DNA of 47,670 nucleotides from Oscillospiraceae bacterium (GCA_051881875.1 JBJEQS010000128.1:1-47670); one strand, 5' to 3'. Numbered from the stretch's first letter, positions 34,300 through 43,813 are shown. Notes: generated from the sequence alone by a model not told the origin. Numbers and translations: made by a program.

Positions 34300-34617
34300 A
34301 TGAATATCAATAATGTTATGAATAACGGATATATCAGCAATACTGCTGTGGTAAATCCTTATAAGGACAGCGTTTCGATTCATAATATCAAAAGCGGAAG
34401 CAGACTTTCTGAGGAAAAGACCGATACTGTTTCAATAAGTTCAAATGCTGATTCATTCAGAGCTATGAACGAAAAAACAAAGAGTATCTCTGAGGAAGTA
34501 AAGAACAGTGCATCTGCTGAGCGTGTTATGGAAATAAAATCAAAAATTGAAAACGGCACTTATGCTGTTTCATCAGGTGCTGCTGCAGATGCTATTATTG
34601 CACATATGATATTCTGA
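34300..34617 (+). CDS. flgM: Anti-sigma-28 factor FlgM
   Basis: The ATG at 34300 follows AGAGAGG. 105 aa. The C-terminus (SAERVMEIKSKIENGTYAVSSGAAADAIIAHM) matches the FlgM sigma-28-binding helix pattern. Confidence 0.85.
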   Translation: MNINNVMNNGYISNTAVVNPYKDSVSIHNIKSGSRLSEEKTDTVSISSNADSFRAMNEKTKSISEEVKNSASAERVMEIKSKIENGTYAVSSGAAADAIIAHMIF

Positions 34618-34648
34618 GGCAGATAATTTTTTTGTGAGGTGCTTTTAT

Positions 34649-35125
34649 TTGGCTGATTATAGTAAGATTTATAAATTTATGACAGAATATGTTTCATTTC
34701 TCAAGGAAACTGAAATTAAGGAACAGGAAAAACTTGCCGCTTTGCTTTCAAACGATGTCAGGCGTGTCGAGACAGTTATGTCAGAATATCAGTTCATTAT
34801 CAGAAAAATGCAGGATTTTGAAAACAACCGTCAGATTCTTTTCCTTGATGAAGGCATCGCAGATATTAAATTAAAGGAAATCGCTGCTCTTTTTGAAGGC
34901 GATGAAAAAGAGAATCTTGAAAAAATCTGTGAGGAATTTATACTTGCATCTGATAATATAAAGCAGTATAACAGCAAATCACTTGAAATTGCTGATATGA
35001 ACCTCAGAATTATGGACGAACTGAACTCGGTTTCCGATAATATCTCTGACCCCAACTGTTATAATCAGAAAGGTATCCAGAACGGCAATGTCAGAAAAAG
35101 TTCGATTTTCAATACACAGATATAA
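34649..35125 (+). CDS. flgN: FlgN-family flagellar export chaperone (YvyG position)
   Basis: Helical protein between flgM and flgK (FLKETEIKEQEKLAALLSNDVRRVETVMSEYQ). The start is uncertain: GTG 34634, TTG 34649 (7 nt after GAGGTG) or ATG 34679. Confidence 0.7.
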   Translation: MADYSKIYKFMTEYVSFLKETEIKEQEKLAALLSNDVRRVETVMSEYQFIIRKMQDFENNRQILFLDEGIADIKLKEIAALFEGDEKENLEKICEEFILASDNIKQYNSKSLEIADMNLRIMDELNSVSDNISDPNCYNQKGIQNGNVRKSSIFNTQI

Positions 35126-35148
35126 ATTATTAAAAGGAGGAATTTAAA

Positions 35149-36657
35149 TTGAGACCTACATATTTAGGTTTTGAAGCAAGTAAATCTGCTATATTCTCAA
35201 CTCAGAAATCCCTCGATATTACAGGTCACAACCTTGCAAATATTGCTACAGAAGGCTATACAAGACAGCGTGTTGTGCAGACTTCAAATTATACCGATAA
35301 CACGAAAACAAGATATGCTCCGATAAAAGGCGTCAATGACGGTGAAGGCATTACAATAAAGGGTGTTAACCAGATAAGAAGCGACCGTCTTGATACTTCC
35401 TACAGAACACAAAATAAGGAAGTAGGATACTTTGAACAGAAAAATGATATGCTTTCAAATATTGAATCCATACTTCAGGAGTTTGACGAAGGTCTGGAAG
35501 GAAGCGGCTATGCAATAAGCAATTCAATCAGGGAAATATATACTGCCCTTGAAGATTTTTCAAACAATCCTACTTCCGAAGCCGATGCAAACGTTGTTGC
35601 AACTGCCTTTAATGGTATGGCTCAGACTCTTAACCAGCTTTACAAGGGACTTGAAGAATATTCACAACAGTGCAGGACTGAACTCGGTGTGGATGTTGCA
35701 GATGTAAACAATGATTTTGCAAAACTTGCTGAATTGAATAAAAGTATAAAAACTTCGGTTGTAGCTAACGGATATACCGATGAATACGGTCCTAATGAAC
35801 TGCTTGATGAGAGAAATCTCATACTTGATAAGCTTTCAGCATATGGTGACATAACTGTACAGGACAATATTGACGGAACTATAAATCTAACTTTCAATGG
35901 CCATGAGGTTGTAAACGGTCTTGAATATGATATGATTAACTATCAGGAAAATTCAAGCGGAACAATAAGCCTTACATGGATGAAAGACGGCACTGATGCC
36001 ACAAAAGGTACAGGAAAATTAAAGGCTTATTCCGATATAATCAATGGTGCGGGGGTTAATGCCTCTGAAAAACAGTCCGCTGAAAATGGTATACCATATT
36101 ATATGAACAAGCTTGATGAGTTTTCAGCAACCTTTGCTGAAACTTTCAACAATATTATTCCTAACGGCACTGATGCTAACGGTAACACAACATATGTAAA
36201 GATTTTCGGTGTTCAGAAAGATGATGGAAAGGTTTATCCGAATATGAGATGCGATGCAGCAAGCATTACAATTACCGATGAACTCAGAAAAAATTCTTCA
36301 GTCCTCATTGAAGACAAAGATGTTGCTGATAATCAGAATATTCTTAAAATGATTTCATCGCTTATGGAGAAAAATCATAATTTTGATAATAATGATTTTT
36401 CAGGCACTTTCAGCGATTATGTAAACAGCTATGTGGGAACTCTTGCAAGCGATGTCCGTTTAAGTGAAAACAAATTCAAAGCTGCCGAAAATATTGCAAA
36501 TGAAGTTCTCAACAGCAGAGATTCTGTTTCAGGTGTAAGTGAAAGCGAAGAAACTGTAAATATGCTTACATACAACAGAGCTTATCAGGCAGCGGCAAGA
36601 ATGATGACAGTTATGGATGACCTTCTGGACGTTCTTATAAACCGCATGGCTGTATAA
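35149..36657 (+). CDS. flgK: Hook-filament junction protein FlgK (HAP1)
   Basis: TTG start 8 nt after AAGGAGG. N-terminal LGFEASKSAIFSTQKSLDITGHNLANIATEGYTRQRV and C-terminal SEETVNMLTYNRAYQAAARMMTVMDDLLD. Confidence 0.92.
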   Translation: MRPTYLGFEASKSAIFSTQKSLDITGHNLANIATEGYTRQRVVQTSNYTDNTKTRYAPIKGVNDGEGITIKGVNQIRSDRLDTSYRTQNKEVGYFEQKNDMLSNIESILQEFDEGLEGSGYAISNSIREIYTALEDFSNNPTSEADANVVATAFNGMAQTLNQLYKGLEEYSQQCRTELGVDVADVNNDFAKLAELNKSIKTSVVANGYTDEYGPNELLDERNLILDKLSAYGDITVQDNIDGTINLTFNGHEVVNGLEYDMINYQENSSGTISLTWMKDGTDATKGTGKLKAYSDIINGAGVNASEKQSAENGIPYYMNKLDEFSATFAETFNNIIPNGTDANGNTTYVKIFGVQKDDGKVYPNMRCDAASITITDELRKNSSVLIEDKDVADNQNILKMISSLMEKNHNFDNNDFSGTFSDYVNSYVGTLASDVRLSENKFKAAENIANEVLNSRDSVSGVSESEETVNMLTYNRAYQAAARMMTVMDDLLDVLINRMAV

Positions 36658-36676
36658 AGCAAGGAGATGATATAAA

Positions 36677-37717
36677 ATGAGAATTACTCAGAACAGTATT
36701 ACAAGAATGTATCTTGCAAATATGAACAATACTCTTTCGAATGTTTCAAATTCTGCTGAAAAGCTTGAATCAGGAAGAAAATATAACAAAATTTCACAGG
36801 ACGTTTCAAGCGGTATAACTGCCCTTAAAACAAGACAGAAACTTTATAAAAGTGAACAGCTTCAGGAAAATATCGGCGTTGCTGATGAGGAATTAAAGGT
36901 TACTGAAACAAATCTTATGTCTGTAAAGGAAATAGCAGATACTGTTCATGAACAGTCAATAAAGCTTCAGAATGGTACAAATCAGACTGAAAGAGAAACT
37001 TTCGCTGTACAGTTCGATTTATACAGAGAACAGATTCTTGAGTTGGGAAACTGTACATATAACGATAAATATGTACTTGGCGGTATAAATAACAGTTTAA
37101 CTGCTCCTTTTACTGTAAATGACAGCGGGGCTGTATGCTACAATGGCGTTGAAGTAGATTCCATATCAAAGAATAACGGAATATTTGAAACAGCTGGCGG
37201 TCAGGTTCCTGACAGTGAAGATGTATATATGGATATAGGTCTTGGAGTATCCTTTATCGGTTCGGAACTCAATACTAAAACTGCTTTCAAGGTTTCAGTA
37301 TCAGGTCTTGACTGCCTCGGATATGGAACAAGCAGTGTGGAATATACAGGAAGTGACGGTGTTTCAAAGGAATATGAAGTTCCTAATAATTTATGCAGCC
37401 TTCTGAAAGGTATGTCCGATGCTATAAGAAATGGTGATATGGATACGTTCGGAGCTTATGAAGTGAAATTTAAGGAGTCCACCGATAATCTTGTTACCAA
37501 TATATCCGAAATAGGCGTAAGAACAAATTTCCTTGAATCAAATCTTTCAAGACTCGAAAATGAAAATGCTCTCCTAAAGGAAAAACAATCAAACCTTGAA
37601 GGCGTGGAAGATACTGAAGAACTTATAAACTATAAATCATTTGAATATGCATGGATGCTTACGCTTCAGTACGGAAGCAAGGTTATACCACAGTCTTTGA
37701 TGGACTTCGTAAAATAA
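36677..37717 (+). CDS. flgL: Hook-filament junction protein FlgL (HAP3)
   Basis: MRITQNSITRMYLANMNNTLSNVSNSAEKLESGRKYNKISQD is a flagellin-type N-terminus, and the gene follows flgK. Confidence 0.9.
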   Translation: MRITQNSITRMYLANMNNTLSNVSNSAEKLESGRKYNKISQDVSSGITALKTRQKLYKSEQLQENIGVADEELKVTETNLMSVKEIADTVHEQSIKLQNGTNQTERETFAVQFDLYREQILELGNCTYNDKYVLGGINNSLTAPFTVNDSGAVCYNGVEVDSISKNNGIFETAGGQVPDSEDVYMDIGLGVSFIGSELNTKTAFKVSVSGLDCLGYGTSSVEYTGSDGVSKEYEVPNNLCSLLKGMSDAIRNGDMDTFGAYEVKFKESTDNLVTNISEIGVRTNFLESNLSRLENENALLKEKQSNLEGVEDTEELINYKSFEYAWMLTLQYGSKVIPQSLMDFVK

Positions 37718-37747
37718 TGATAAATTTATTAAGTCAGGAGGATTAAT

Positions 37748-38350
37748 ATGGATTTATTGCTTAAAATTACAAGTAAGCCTATAGAGTATAATATTCATAC
37801 TGAACCTGCCACTCTGACTGCAAGACAGACTCCGCCGCAGAGAAATCAGACCTCTAATCCTGCAAGGGTTAACATCGCTACCAAAGACGCAGAGGTTAAT
37901 ATGGACTTTACTAAAACATATGAAAGTCTTGGTATGAAAAGCGTATCAAAGGTTATTGCAGAGGAAGGTACAAAATCAATACAGGCTTCAAATAATGCAA
38001 CCGCTGAATTTGTAAAAGACGGGAACGCTCTTTCGCAGATTCAGAAAGGTATCACTATAGGCGACTATATCAAAAATAAAAATCTCAGCAATGTTTCAAT
38101 TACAGGTCAGCTTTCAGCTGTTGAAATCGCTTCACCTGAAATGAGCGTTGAACCTGGCGGTATAGACGTTTCGGTTACAGCTGCGGAACTGAAAAATGAA
38201 TGGAATATTGAAAAAAATAAGATGGAATATGTTCCTGGTAAATATCATATGGAAATAACTCAGTTTCCGGAAGTAAAGATTGAATATGTCGGAGGCATTA
38301 ACTATGTTCCGCCGTCATCAGATCCGGATTATGAAAAACCAGAAGAATAG
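37748..38350 (+). CDS. Conserved hypothetical flagellar-locus protein (occupies the B. subtilis YviE position between flgL and fliW)
   Basis: 200 aa with RBS AGGAGG. The call rests on synteny only; no motif was recognised. Confidence 0.5.
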   Translation: MDLLLKITSKPIEYNIHTEPATLTARQTPPQRNQTSNPARVNIATKDAEVNMDFTKTYESLGMKSVSKVIAEEGTKSIQASNNATAEFVKDGNALSQIQKGITIGDYIKNKNLSNVSITGQLSAVEIASPEMSVEPGGIDVSVTAAELKNEWNIEKNKMEYVPGKYHMEITQFPEVKIEYVGGINYVPPSSDPDYEKPEE

Positions 38351-38392
38351 TTTTTTAATCAAATCTGTTCTAAAGGACAATCGGATTAAAAA

Positions 38393-38426
38393 AGGACTGT
38401 TCAAAAAAATTTTTTTGAACAGTCCT
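38393..38426. other. Perfect 34-nt palindrome (17-bp arms) between the YviE-position gene and fliW
   Basis: AGGACTGTTCAAAAAAA/TTTTTTTGAACAGTCCT. No U-tract follows on the plus strand, so its function (attenuator, processing site or stabiliser) is unclear. Confidence 0.6.
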
Positions 38427-38427
38427 G

Positions 38428-38456
38428 TTGATTATATCATCATTTTATTATATAAT
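38428..38456 (+). promoter_or_regulatory. Consensus-like sigma-A promoter upstream of fliW-csrA
   Basis: TTGATT (38428-38433), a 17-nt spacer, then TATAAT (38451-38456), 17 nt before the fliW ATG region and its RBS (AAAAGGGG). Confidence 0.55.
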
Positions 38457-38472
38457 GAAAAGGGGTATTTCT

Positions 38473-38907
38473 ATGAAAATTAATACAAGAGATTTCGGAG
38501 AAATTGAAGTTTCAGAAAACGATATTATAACATTTGTGCAGCCATTGTACGGATTTGAAGAATACAGCAGATTTGTTATACTTCAGGATGATGAAGTTGA
38601 AAATATCGCATGGCTTCAGTCAGCTGAAACATCTGAACTCTGTTTTATACTCGCTGATGCATCAATAGCCGTTGAAAAGGAAAACTATAAAAAGAACGTT
38701 GCAAAATCAGAACTTGAAAAAATAGATGCAGATTCTGATTTTGAATGCTGGCTTGTAATGGTTGTAAAAGATAATCTTCAGGAATCAACAGTTAATCTTA
38801 AAAGTCCTGTTATAATCAATCCGGCATCATCAAAGGCTATGCAGGTTATACTTGATGAGAATTTCCCTGTACGTTATTTTGCATTCGCAAAAGGAAAGGA
38901 GAATTAA
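38473..38907 (+). CDS. fliW: Flagellar assembly factor FliW (CsrA antagonist)
   Basis: ATG at 38473. MKINTRDFGEIEVSENDIITFVQPLYGFEEYSRFVIL is the typical FliW N-terminus. Confidence 0.92.
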   Translation: MKINTRDFGEIEVSENDIITFVQPLYGFEEYSRFVILQDDEVENIAWLQSAETSELCFILADASIAVEKENYKKNVAKSELEKIDADSDFECWLVMVVKDNLQESTVNLKSPVIINPASSKAMQVILDENFPVRYFAFAKGKEN

Positions 38908-38913
38908 CATATA

Positions 38914-39144
38914 ATGCTGGTTTTATCAAGAAAAAGCGGTGAATCATTATGGATTAATGACAACATCGAAGTAAGAATCGTTGAAGTTTCAAATGATAAG
39001 GTGAAAATAGGCATAACTGCTCCTAAGGATGTTAAAATCCTCAGAAGTGAACTTTGTATGACTATGGAAAGCAATAAGGAATCCACTGAAAAAGTAGATG
39101 CTTCAAAGATTGCCGATATGTTCTCAAATCTTAATGGGAATTGA
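38914..39144 (+). CDS. csrA: Carbon storage regulator / translational repressor CsrA
   Basis: MLVLSRKSGESLWINDNIEVRIVEVSNDKVKIGITAPKDVKILRSEL is the canonical CsrA sequence. Confidence 0.96.
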   Translation: MLVLSRKSGESLWINDNIEVRIVEVSNDKVKIGITAPKDVKILRSELCMTMESNKESTEKVDASKIADMFSNLNGN

Positions 39145-39769
39145 CATTGTCAATTATAAGTGTACTATACTGTCTTATAAACGTATGCAGCGTTGAACGT
39201 TCTTTTTCTTTCAGACCGGTAAGACTGTATATATACTTGTATTTTTCTCCGAAGATTATAGGCTTTCCGCTTATTTTTATGCTTATATCCGTTGCCGAGG
39301 GAAACACAGGCTGATGTATCTGTATCTTTGAAACGTTGCTTGCGGCAGTTTTCCTCCATGATGTATAAAAACATATTTTTTCGGCGGATATTGATGAGAT
39401 AGTGCAGTCAAGCCACTTTTTAGTGGTTCTTACACTGAAAAATGATGCTTTCTGTGATATTTCAAGTATTTTTGCAGGTATGGAAACTTCCATTGTCAGA
39501 ACCTGTTCCGCACCGTCAAAAAGCTTTATATTTATATTATCAATTCTGAGCAGAGTTGTGGATGAAAGATATACATTTCCGGTTATAAGGTGAGTGTTGG
39601 TTTCATTTTCACAGCATATGATTTTCACCATTGTTGACATCGGGAGCAGCGGAACAAAGCTGTTTACAAAATCAACAGTTTTGTTTTTCAGAGAAATTTT
39701 TGCTTCTCCATATTCAAGAATACTGTTGTTTTCAGTCATTAATATTGCTTTGCATTTGTTCGGAAACAT
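39131..39769 (-). CDS. Hypothetical protein, possibly a degenerate PilZN-PilZ protein lacking the c-di-GMP-binding motifs
   Basis: ATG at 39769, 6 nt after AAGGAGG. It has a two-half beta-rich layout that parallels the 26870 PilZ protein (DISLSGLRIET versus SSISAEKICFYT; YHYGCQF...CSYIFQKQ versus YKYIYSL...HTFIRQYS). It has no RxxxR and no DxSxxG. Its 3' end overlaps csrA by 14 nt in convergent orientation. Confidence 0.35.
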   Translation of the reverse strand: MFPNKCKAILMTENNSILEYGEAKISLKNKTVDFVNSFVPLLPMSTMVKIICCENETNTHLITGNVYLSSTTLLRIDNINIKLFDGAEQVLTMEVSIPAKILEISQKASFFSVRTTKKWLDCTISSISAEKICFYTSWRKTAASNVSKIQIHQPVFPSATDISIKISGKPIIFGEKYKYIYSLTGLKEKERSTLHTFIRQYSTLIIDNVNSH

Positions 39770-39875
39770 GATTTTCCTCCTTTGGTTATTATCAGATATA
39801 TGTATTATATCATAATTTTTTGTCAAATAAAATATGCAAAGTTAAAAAAAATAAAATATTTTTAGGAGAATTAAT

Positions 39876-40367
39876 ATGAATAATGTTGAATTGAGTCCTG
39901 AATATATATTGAAGTTAATAGAAAATATAAATGAAAATCTTTTGAAAATGAAAAAATTTACAGATGAAATACTCATATGCAATTATGATGAACTGGAAGA
40001 AAATATATATAAGCGTGATATCTGTTTTGAAAAGGTAAAGGAAAATTTTGAAATACTAAAAGGTATAAATACTGAACAAAATGATGAGCTTCACAATATA
40101 ATGTCGGATAATGCGGAATATGATTCACTTTCTGAAATCAATAAAAAAATATATGATGAGCGAATGAAAATGAAATCACTTGCTGCAGATATCCGTTCAA
40201 GAGATAATCTTGTTTTTGAAAAATTATCTCAGTGCAGGGACCTGATGATTGAAAAAATAAAAGAACTCAATTCCGGTGCAGAGGCAAATGCTTCAAAATA
40301 CTATTCATCTTCCGCTGCGGCGGCAAGTCAGAATGTTTATTTTCCCAAGCGTAACCGAAAAATATAG
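39876..40367 (+). CDS. Hypothetical helical protein upstream of fliD (in the FlaG/FliT-type accessory position; no FlaG motif recognised)
   Basis: 163 aa with RBS AGGAG. It appears predicted all-helical and is Glu/Lys/Asn-rich, with a basic tail (YFPKRNRKI). Confidence 0.5.
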   Translation: MNNVELSPEYILKLIENINENLLKMKKFTDEILICNYDELEENIYKRDICFEKVKENFEILKGINTEQNDELHNIMSDNAEYDSLSEINKKIYDERMKMKSLAADIRSRDNLVFEKLSQCRDLMIEKIKELNSGAEANASKYYSSSAAAASQNVYFPKRNRKI

Positions 40368-40370
40368 TAT

Positions 40371-40398
40371 TTAATTTCAGCTTTTTCGGACGATATAT
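40371..40398 (+). promoter_or_regulatory. Sigma-28-type promoter of fliD-fliS
   Basis: TTAA (40371-40374), a 16-nt spacer, then CGATAT (40391-40396) preceded by GGA. This is the closest of the three candidates to the GCCGATAT consensus. Confidence 0.55.
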
Positions 40399-40455
40399 AA
40401 TATATAAGATAATGGATTGTCAATTGTGATATTATTGAAAGGATTGTGATGTTTT

Positions 40456-42663
40456 ATGAATATTAATGCAACTACAACATCGTCAGCTGCTTCAAGCAAC
40501 GGTCTTTCGGGCATGATTTCGGGTATGGATACCGAGTCAATGGTTGAAAGTATGCTCTCCGGAGTTCAGACAAAAATAGACAAGCAGAAACAGCAGCAGC
40601 AAGTTCTTACATGGCAGCAGGAATCATACAGAGATGTTATTACTAAAATTAACGATTTTCAGGATAAATATTTCAGCCTTACTTCAAGCACTTCACTGCG
40701 TTCTACTTCAACATTTAATCTTTCCACCTCGACTTCATCATCAGATGCTGTAAAAATTATTTCATCATCAGGTGCTGATGAACAAACCTTTAATGTAAAG
40801 GTAAATTCACTTGCATCTGCCGCTTCTGTATCATCAGCCAAGGTAAGTACAAATAAAGTTACTATGAACAGTACAGCGTCAAATTATGACAGAAAAGTTA
40901 AATTTTCAGTTAAGACAGGTACTGATGATGAGGGCAAGGATACATTTAAAGATGTGGAAATTGACCTCGCTGAAATTGCAAACAGTGTTTCCAAGGACGC
41001 TGATGGAAAAACCAATACAGAGGAATTTGCCAATGCCATAAATGCAAAACTTCAGAGTGAAGGCATGACAGAAATATCACTCAGTTTCAAGGCTAAAGAC
41101 CCTGATGATGAGAATTCCTATGATTCGATTGAATTCACATCTTCATCTGAATTCAAAGTTTCCGGTTCAACAGGCGGTCTTGCTATGATTGGTTACAAAG
41201 GAGGTGTTTCATCTTCAAAGGCTGAAAAGGCTGATGAGTCCGACCCTGATTCCTATACTCTCAAGACAGGTACTGTAAATCCTGATATAAAGCTTAACGG
41301 CGAAGTAACAATTGCTCTTGACGGCAATTCAAAAACCTTTAAGCTTGATGAAGGTCAGACTCTTATGGACATAAAGAGCGATATTTACAAGGCGTTCGGT
41401 TCAGGTATAAATATCGCTGAAAATAATGGCAAAATTGAACTTTCTGCAAACGGTACAGGAAGAAGCGTTTCTGTATCAGGAAATGATGATGTTCTCGGAA
41501 CTCTTGGCGTATCAAAGGATAATGCAGCATCAGGAATTTCATTTACTGCCGCCCTCAAAGATGTTACCACTTCAAACGGTACACCTATCGGAAGCGGCAA
41601 GCTCACTATAAATGACGTTGAGATTGAATATTCCGAAACGGATACAATTTCACAGGTTTTAAGCAAGATAAATAACAGCGGTGCTGGCGTTAAGATGGCT
41701 TATAACGGTCTTAGCGATACATTTTCAATAACTAATGCAAATACAGGCTCGGACTTTGCCCTTAATATTGCCGATGATGGAAATTTCCTTTCTGCACTCG
41801 GCTTTGATATGAATTCAGGTCAGATAGATACATCATCTGCAAATTATAAAGCAGGTGCAAATGCTCAGTTTGAAATAGATGGAAATATAATTGAAAGAGC
41901 CGGAAATACAATCAACTATAACGGCGTAACATTTGAAATGAAGAAGGTAACTTCAGAAAATGTTGAAATTTCCTCCGACAAAAATGTTGACAAGATGTAT
42001 GATACTATAAAAGGTTTCGTTGATGACTATAATACACTTATTAGCGACCTTAACAAGCTTATCCATGAGGAAGCATCATATAAGAAATATCCTCCGCTGA
42101 CAGAGGCACAGAAAAAAGAAATGAGCGATAAGGAAATCGAACTCTGGGAGAAAAAATCTAAAACAGGTCTTCTTCATAATGATTCCGATATATCAAAGTT
42201 CCTTCAGGATATGCGTGCTGCTATATATACAAAGGGTTCAGATTCAAGCCTTGTACTTTCAAATATAGGAATAAATTCAAGTTCCAACTGGAAAGATTAC
42301 GGTAAACTCAGTATTGATGAGGATACTCTGAAAACTGCTCTTAAAACCAATGGCGAAGCAATTGCAGATATGTTTACAAATGTTGAAAGCGGTCTTGGTA
42401 CAAGGCTTAATACAGCCTGCAAAAATGCCGCCAATACCTCATCGGGAAGTCCTGGTACGCTCGTATCACTCGCCGGTGTAGTCGGCAAGGCTACTGAAAA
42501 GCAGAATACAATATACAAGAAGCTTGAGCAGATTAATAATAAACTCAAGAATCTTAATACACTTTATGATAAGAAGAAGAATAAGTATTGGGAGATGTTC
42601 AATAAAATGGAAACAACTCTCTCAAATTATGCTTCACAGAGCGATTATCTGGCTCAGATGTAA
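40456..42663 (+). CDS. fliD: Filament cap protein FliD (HAP2)
   Basis: N-terminal GLSGMISGMDTESMVESMLSGVQTKIDKQKQQQQVLTWQQESYRDVITKINDFQDKYF, with a C-terminal FliD-type coiled coil. At 735 aa it has a large central region. Confidence 0.92.
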   Translation: MNINATTTSSAASSNGLSGMISGMDTESMVESMLSGVQTKIDKQKQQQQVLTWQQESYRDVITKINDFQDKYFSLTSSTSLRSTSTFNLSTSTSSSDAVKIISSSGADEQTFNVKVNSLASAASVSSAKVSTNKVTMNSTASNYDRKVKFSVKTGTDDEGKDTFKDVEIDLAEIANSVSKDADGKTNTEEFANAINAKLQSEGMTEISLSFKAKDPDDENSYDSIEFTSSSEFKVSGSTGGLAMIGYKGGVSSSKAEKADESDPDSYTLKTGTVNPDIKLNGEVTIALDGNSKTFKLDEGQTLMDIKSDIYKAFGSGINIAENNGKIELSANGTGRSVSVSGNDDVLGTLGVSKDNAASGISFTAALKDVTTSNGTPIGSGKLTINDVEIEYSETDTISQVLSKINNSGAGVKMAYNGLSDTFSITNANTGSDFALNIADDGNFLSALGFDMNSGQIDTSSANYKAGANAQFEIDGNIIERAGNTINYNGVTFEMKKVTSENVEISSDKNVDKMYDTIKGFVDDYNTLISDLNKLIHEEASYKKYPPLTEAQKKEMSDKEIELWEKKSKTGLLHNDSDISKFLQDMRAAIYTKGSDSSLVLSNIGINSSSNWKDYGKLSIDEDTLKTALKTNGEAIADMFTNVESGLGTRLNTACKNAANTSSGSPGTLVSLAGVVGKATEKQNTIYKKLEQINNKLKNLNTLYDKKKNKYWEMFNKMETTLSNYASQSDYLAQM

Positions 42664-42689
42664 GTTTTTAATTTTAGAAAAGAGGTTAT

Positions 42690-43082
42690 ATGGTTATGGC
42701 TGCTAACAATCCATACAGTCAGTATAAAGAACAGTCAATTATGACAATGACTCAGGAAGAACAGATTATACAATTGTTTGAGGGCTGTGTGAAAGACCTT
42801 AATTATGCTAAGGTTTATATTGAAGACAAAAAATATGACATGGCAAATACATACTTGCAGAAAGCAAAAAAAATTATAAGATATCTTGACGAGTGCCTTG
42901 ACCATAAATATGAAATATCTCAGAATCTTGCTGCTTTATATGATTATTTTGCAAGACGTATTGTAGATGCAAATATAAAAAAAGATGTCGAAATACTTGA
43001 TGAAATAACCCCTATGATTGCTGAACTTGGCGATTCATTCAAACAGGCTTATAAAATCGTAAAAAGCGGAAAGCAACAGTAA
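42690..43082 (+). CDS. fliS: Flagellin-specific chaperone FliS
   Basis: NPYSQYKEQSIMTMTQEEQIIQLFEGCVKDLNYAKVYIEDKKYDMANTYLQKAKKIIRYL is a FliS four-helix pattern. Confidence 0.92.
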   Translation: MVMAANNPYSQYKEQSIMTMTQEEQIIQLFEGCVKDLNYAKVYIEDKKYDMANTYLQKAKKIIRYLDECLDHKYEISQNLAALYDYFARRIVDANIKKDVEILDEITPMIAELGDSFKQAYKIVKSGKQQ

Positions 43083-43104
43083 TATTAAATAATATGTTTT
43101 ATTG

Positions 43105-43145
43105 AGGGCGTTTTTATAATCATTACATTATAAAACGCCCTTTTA
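43105..43145 (+). terminator. Intrinsic terminator after fliS
   Basis: AGGGCGTTTTTATAAT pairs with ATTATAAAACGCCCT and is followed by TTTTAATATT. Confidence 0.8.
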
Positions 43146-43172
43146 ATATTTATAAGGAGAATTAGTATTTTT

Positions 43173-43784
43173 ATGACAGGCAAAACCCATCTTACTGCCG
43201 GTATGGCTCTTACTATGCTTATAACTCAGCCGCAGACCATCCCTGAAACCGTTATGTGTCTTGGAGTTGCTTCAATTGGCTCGGTCATAAGCGATATTGA
43301 TGTAAGCACATCAAAAAGCAGACAGAATTTCAATAAGGTTCTTATCATCATTACAGTATCAGTTTTATTGATTGCACTTTCGGAAATAATATTCCATGTA
43401 GGTTTGGTAGCAAAATTCAGCAGTGACAGCAATATTATGCGTATAATGGTCGGGATTATGACTCTTATTGCCATATGTATGTTCGGAAAGGGCTGTCCGC
43501 ACAGAAGCTTTATGCATTCAGCATTAGGACTTGTGCTTATGACTATTTCCGCATATATAATACTTCCGCAGGCGGCTCTTTACATGGGAATTTCAATACT
43601 TACACATATAGGTCTTGATGTATTCAACAAAAAGAAAATAAAGATTATGTATCCACTGAAAAAGCCGGCAATCGGTCTTGGAATGTGCAGAGCAGGCGGA
43701 ATTGTTGACCAGATTATTTTCAGAGTTGCCGGTATTGGTCTTGTTGTTGAACTGATACTGAAAATAGTTTCATTTTTAAGATAG
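43173..43784 (+). CDS. Membrane-bound metal-dependent hydrolase, YdjM/DUF457-like
   Basis: MTGKTHLTAGMALTML at the N-terminus, conserved His residues (CPHRSFMHSALG, LTHIGLD) and a polytopic topology. Confidence 0.65.
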   Translation: MTGKTHLTAGMALTMLITQPQTIPETVMCLGVASIGSVISDIDVSTSKSRQNFNKVLIIITVSVLLIALSEIIFHVGLVAKFSSDSNIMRIMVGIMTLIAICMFGKGCPHRSFMHSALGLVLMTISAYIILPQAALYMGISILTHIGLDVFNKKKIKIMYPLKKPAIGLGMCRAGGIVDQIIFRVAGIGLVVELILKIVSFLR

Positions 43785-43813
43785 ACTGTTATTTTAACGT
43801 GATTTCGACAACT

